Assembly: GCA_964106645.2 (NCBI GenBank)
Contig: OZ067044.1
Length of the DNA: 64,000 bases
DNA from: Podarcis pityusensis
Lineage: Eukaryota
Direction: 5' to 3' (one strand)
In this document: positions 62,110 to 64,000 of the stretch, piece after piece
How the letters are laid out: each line of letters begins with the position of its first letter
Position numbering within the stretch: the stretch's first letter is position 1
The notes under the pieces: generated by a model
The model's database searches: none
What the model saw: only the letters and a program-made list of their open reading frames with translations
Told to the model about the DNA's origin: nothing
Made by a program: the position numbers and the translations under genes

Positions 62110-64000
62110 TACTCTGATTTTTAGTGGCAACTACTGTGAAGCACAGGCATTTATATTCTGATTTTCCTGTTTTTGATTTCCAAACTAATACAGTAAGTGA
62201 CATGTAATTCTAAAATTTTGCCTTGCAGACCAGTAGACAATACAGCTGTGATGGTATGTATATATGTCTACACAAGAGTAGTAGTTCATCGCACAAAGAC
62301 TCCATTTTTAGCACATTCCTCTAGTAAAATAGGGACATTCTATTCTAAACCAGTGTCATCACCCCACCCCCTATATACGTGCACTGCTGATGGTATATGG
62401 AAAAAGCGAAGGGCTGCCCGAGCTGCCCCAATGGCTGTTACCAAGAAGAGTATGTAGCAATACCATATAGGCAAATGTCTTGGTTATATGCAGGAGCCTT
62501 AGAAGATATATGGTAAAACCATGAGCCTTCTATCAGTTTGCCTTGGGCGTGAGAGGATGCACCCACACCGGATGTTTACAAGGCACCACACCAGCAATAT
62601 AGTCTCTACGGTCAGTGGCTATGACTTCCAAAGGACCCCATGCGCCTGTGTGATCCAGGTACCTGCTGCCACCATCCATCACCGTAGTTGGATCCGTTGA
62701 GCGCTACCAGCTGGCAGAGCTGAGGAGAACAGCAGCAGCAATCTGGCACCTTGCCCTCTTCCCACCCCTCAGGTCCCACTGTGCCACTGTGTGGGGCCAG
62801 GCTGCCTCCTCCTTTTCCCCACTCCCTTTCCCCACTTGCAGAATTTGGGACTCTGCATGACACAGTGAGAAACTGTGATGGCTTGAGGGGTTTTGTGACT
62901 GTCTCAGCATTTTCAGGGCAGTTGGAGACTATGTAATCACAATCCCGGCTACAAATGACACACTAAGACAACGCTTCTCTTTGAGAGCTCACTGTGATAT
63001 GCAAACTAGACTGATGTGTCACAAACTGGGTTGTACGGAACAAGTCCAAAGAGGGGAAATATTAATTGTGATGGAAGGTTCTAGAGGGTATTCAGTACTA
63101 CAGTGTTCATTACAATTGTCTGTTGCTTAACATACCCACCAACTTAAGTCTAGAAAGCCACTAAAATAACCTTCAAATTTTCAAAAACCTTCAGATTTTT
63201 CAAAATAGTGTCTGATTTCATAATGAATGTTCTACCAGTGGCAGCAATTATATTAATGTGTTCTAAGCTAGCAGGAGCCATAGGAAGCATTATACGACTA
63301 ACAGCACGTTGTTAAACAAAATGCCCATTATCCATCAGTTTAATTTCCTCCATGTAGCAACTCTTATGCTCTATTTTCTTCTCCTGTGGTTTCAAAATTA
63401 GTCACATTAAATATTGACAAGAATTCTATCATAAAAAATTAAAGTCCATCAACTGCAATAACAATATTAAGCATCTAGCTAGGAATTCATTTATTTATAA
63501 ATTACTTTAAATATTTGTATCTAATCTATCAATACACAGGACTGGAAACCTTGCATTAATGAGCCTGTACAAGTAGGAAAAAAACTATTACATTATTCCC
63601 AAGGTTTCCCAAGGTTAATCAAGAAAAATGGTTACGGACCTATGCACAATGCAGCCATGTGGTGTGCGAGCGAGCAATAAATAAATAAATAAGTACACAC
63701 ACAACTTTAGGTTGCATAAAATTAGCCATGCATTGGGCATGCATCCATGTGATCAAACAGCCTGTCTGCTGGTTGATGAGTTGTCTCTCATTAGCTGGAG
63801 TTCACCACTGCTTAGGTTCTCAATGGTGTGAACCACTTATGGAGTACCTCCCCTGCCTGCTGGTAGTGGGCAACATAGATAATCAGTCCCTGAGCTAGGT
63901 TTACAACCAAAAATCACCATCCTCCAAAATCTCTGCCCCCTCTTCTAAGGATCCATCCTGATGCTTATTCTGCTGAAGGAAAGTTGTGACAAAAGGAAAT

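Noticed and set aside
1-64000. Most ORFs in the six-frame track as independent genes
   Set aside because: They are short, low-complexity, antisense to real exons or derived from repeats. The real coding content is spliced RIMS2 exons plus retroelement remnants.
54947-64000. Further upstream RIMS2 exons (zinc finger or the exon ending ...ESVSEK)
   Set aside because: No matching sequence found by eye; they probably lie beyond the window.

Overview
Vertebrate intronic DNA, AT-rich and repeat-rich, from a squamate reptile. A Sauria SINE and the L2/CR1/RTE/MITE mix suggest a lacertid-type lizard (inference). The whole window lies inside RIMS2 (RIM2, presynaptic active-zone scaffold) on the minus strand. 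I reconstructed 15 coding exons by hand with GT-AG boundaries and mutually consistent phases: a frame-incompatible (probably mutually exclusive) 65/209-nt pair upstream of the PDZ domain, three PDZ exons, two linker exons, a 48-nt microexon, three C2A exons, three post-C2A exons (one with a NAGNAG acceptor) and a 66-nt symmetric cassette exon. The start and end of the gene are outside the window. The introns hold many transposable elements, several with intact target-site duplications (TSDs). The most unusual object is an apparently full-length 2.17-kb non-autonomous L1-derived retroelement (16767-18935, minus). It has an L1-type CpG-rich 5' end, its own 206-aa coiled-coil-leader ORF, a remnant of L1 ORF2 and the same 3' UTR as a young L1 copy with a 19-bp TSD 30 kb away (48008-49125). 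There are no prokaryotic-type features, and nearly all ORFs in the supplied track are spurious. Comparisons to mammalian RIM2 are from memory and need alignment to confirm.
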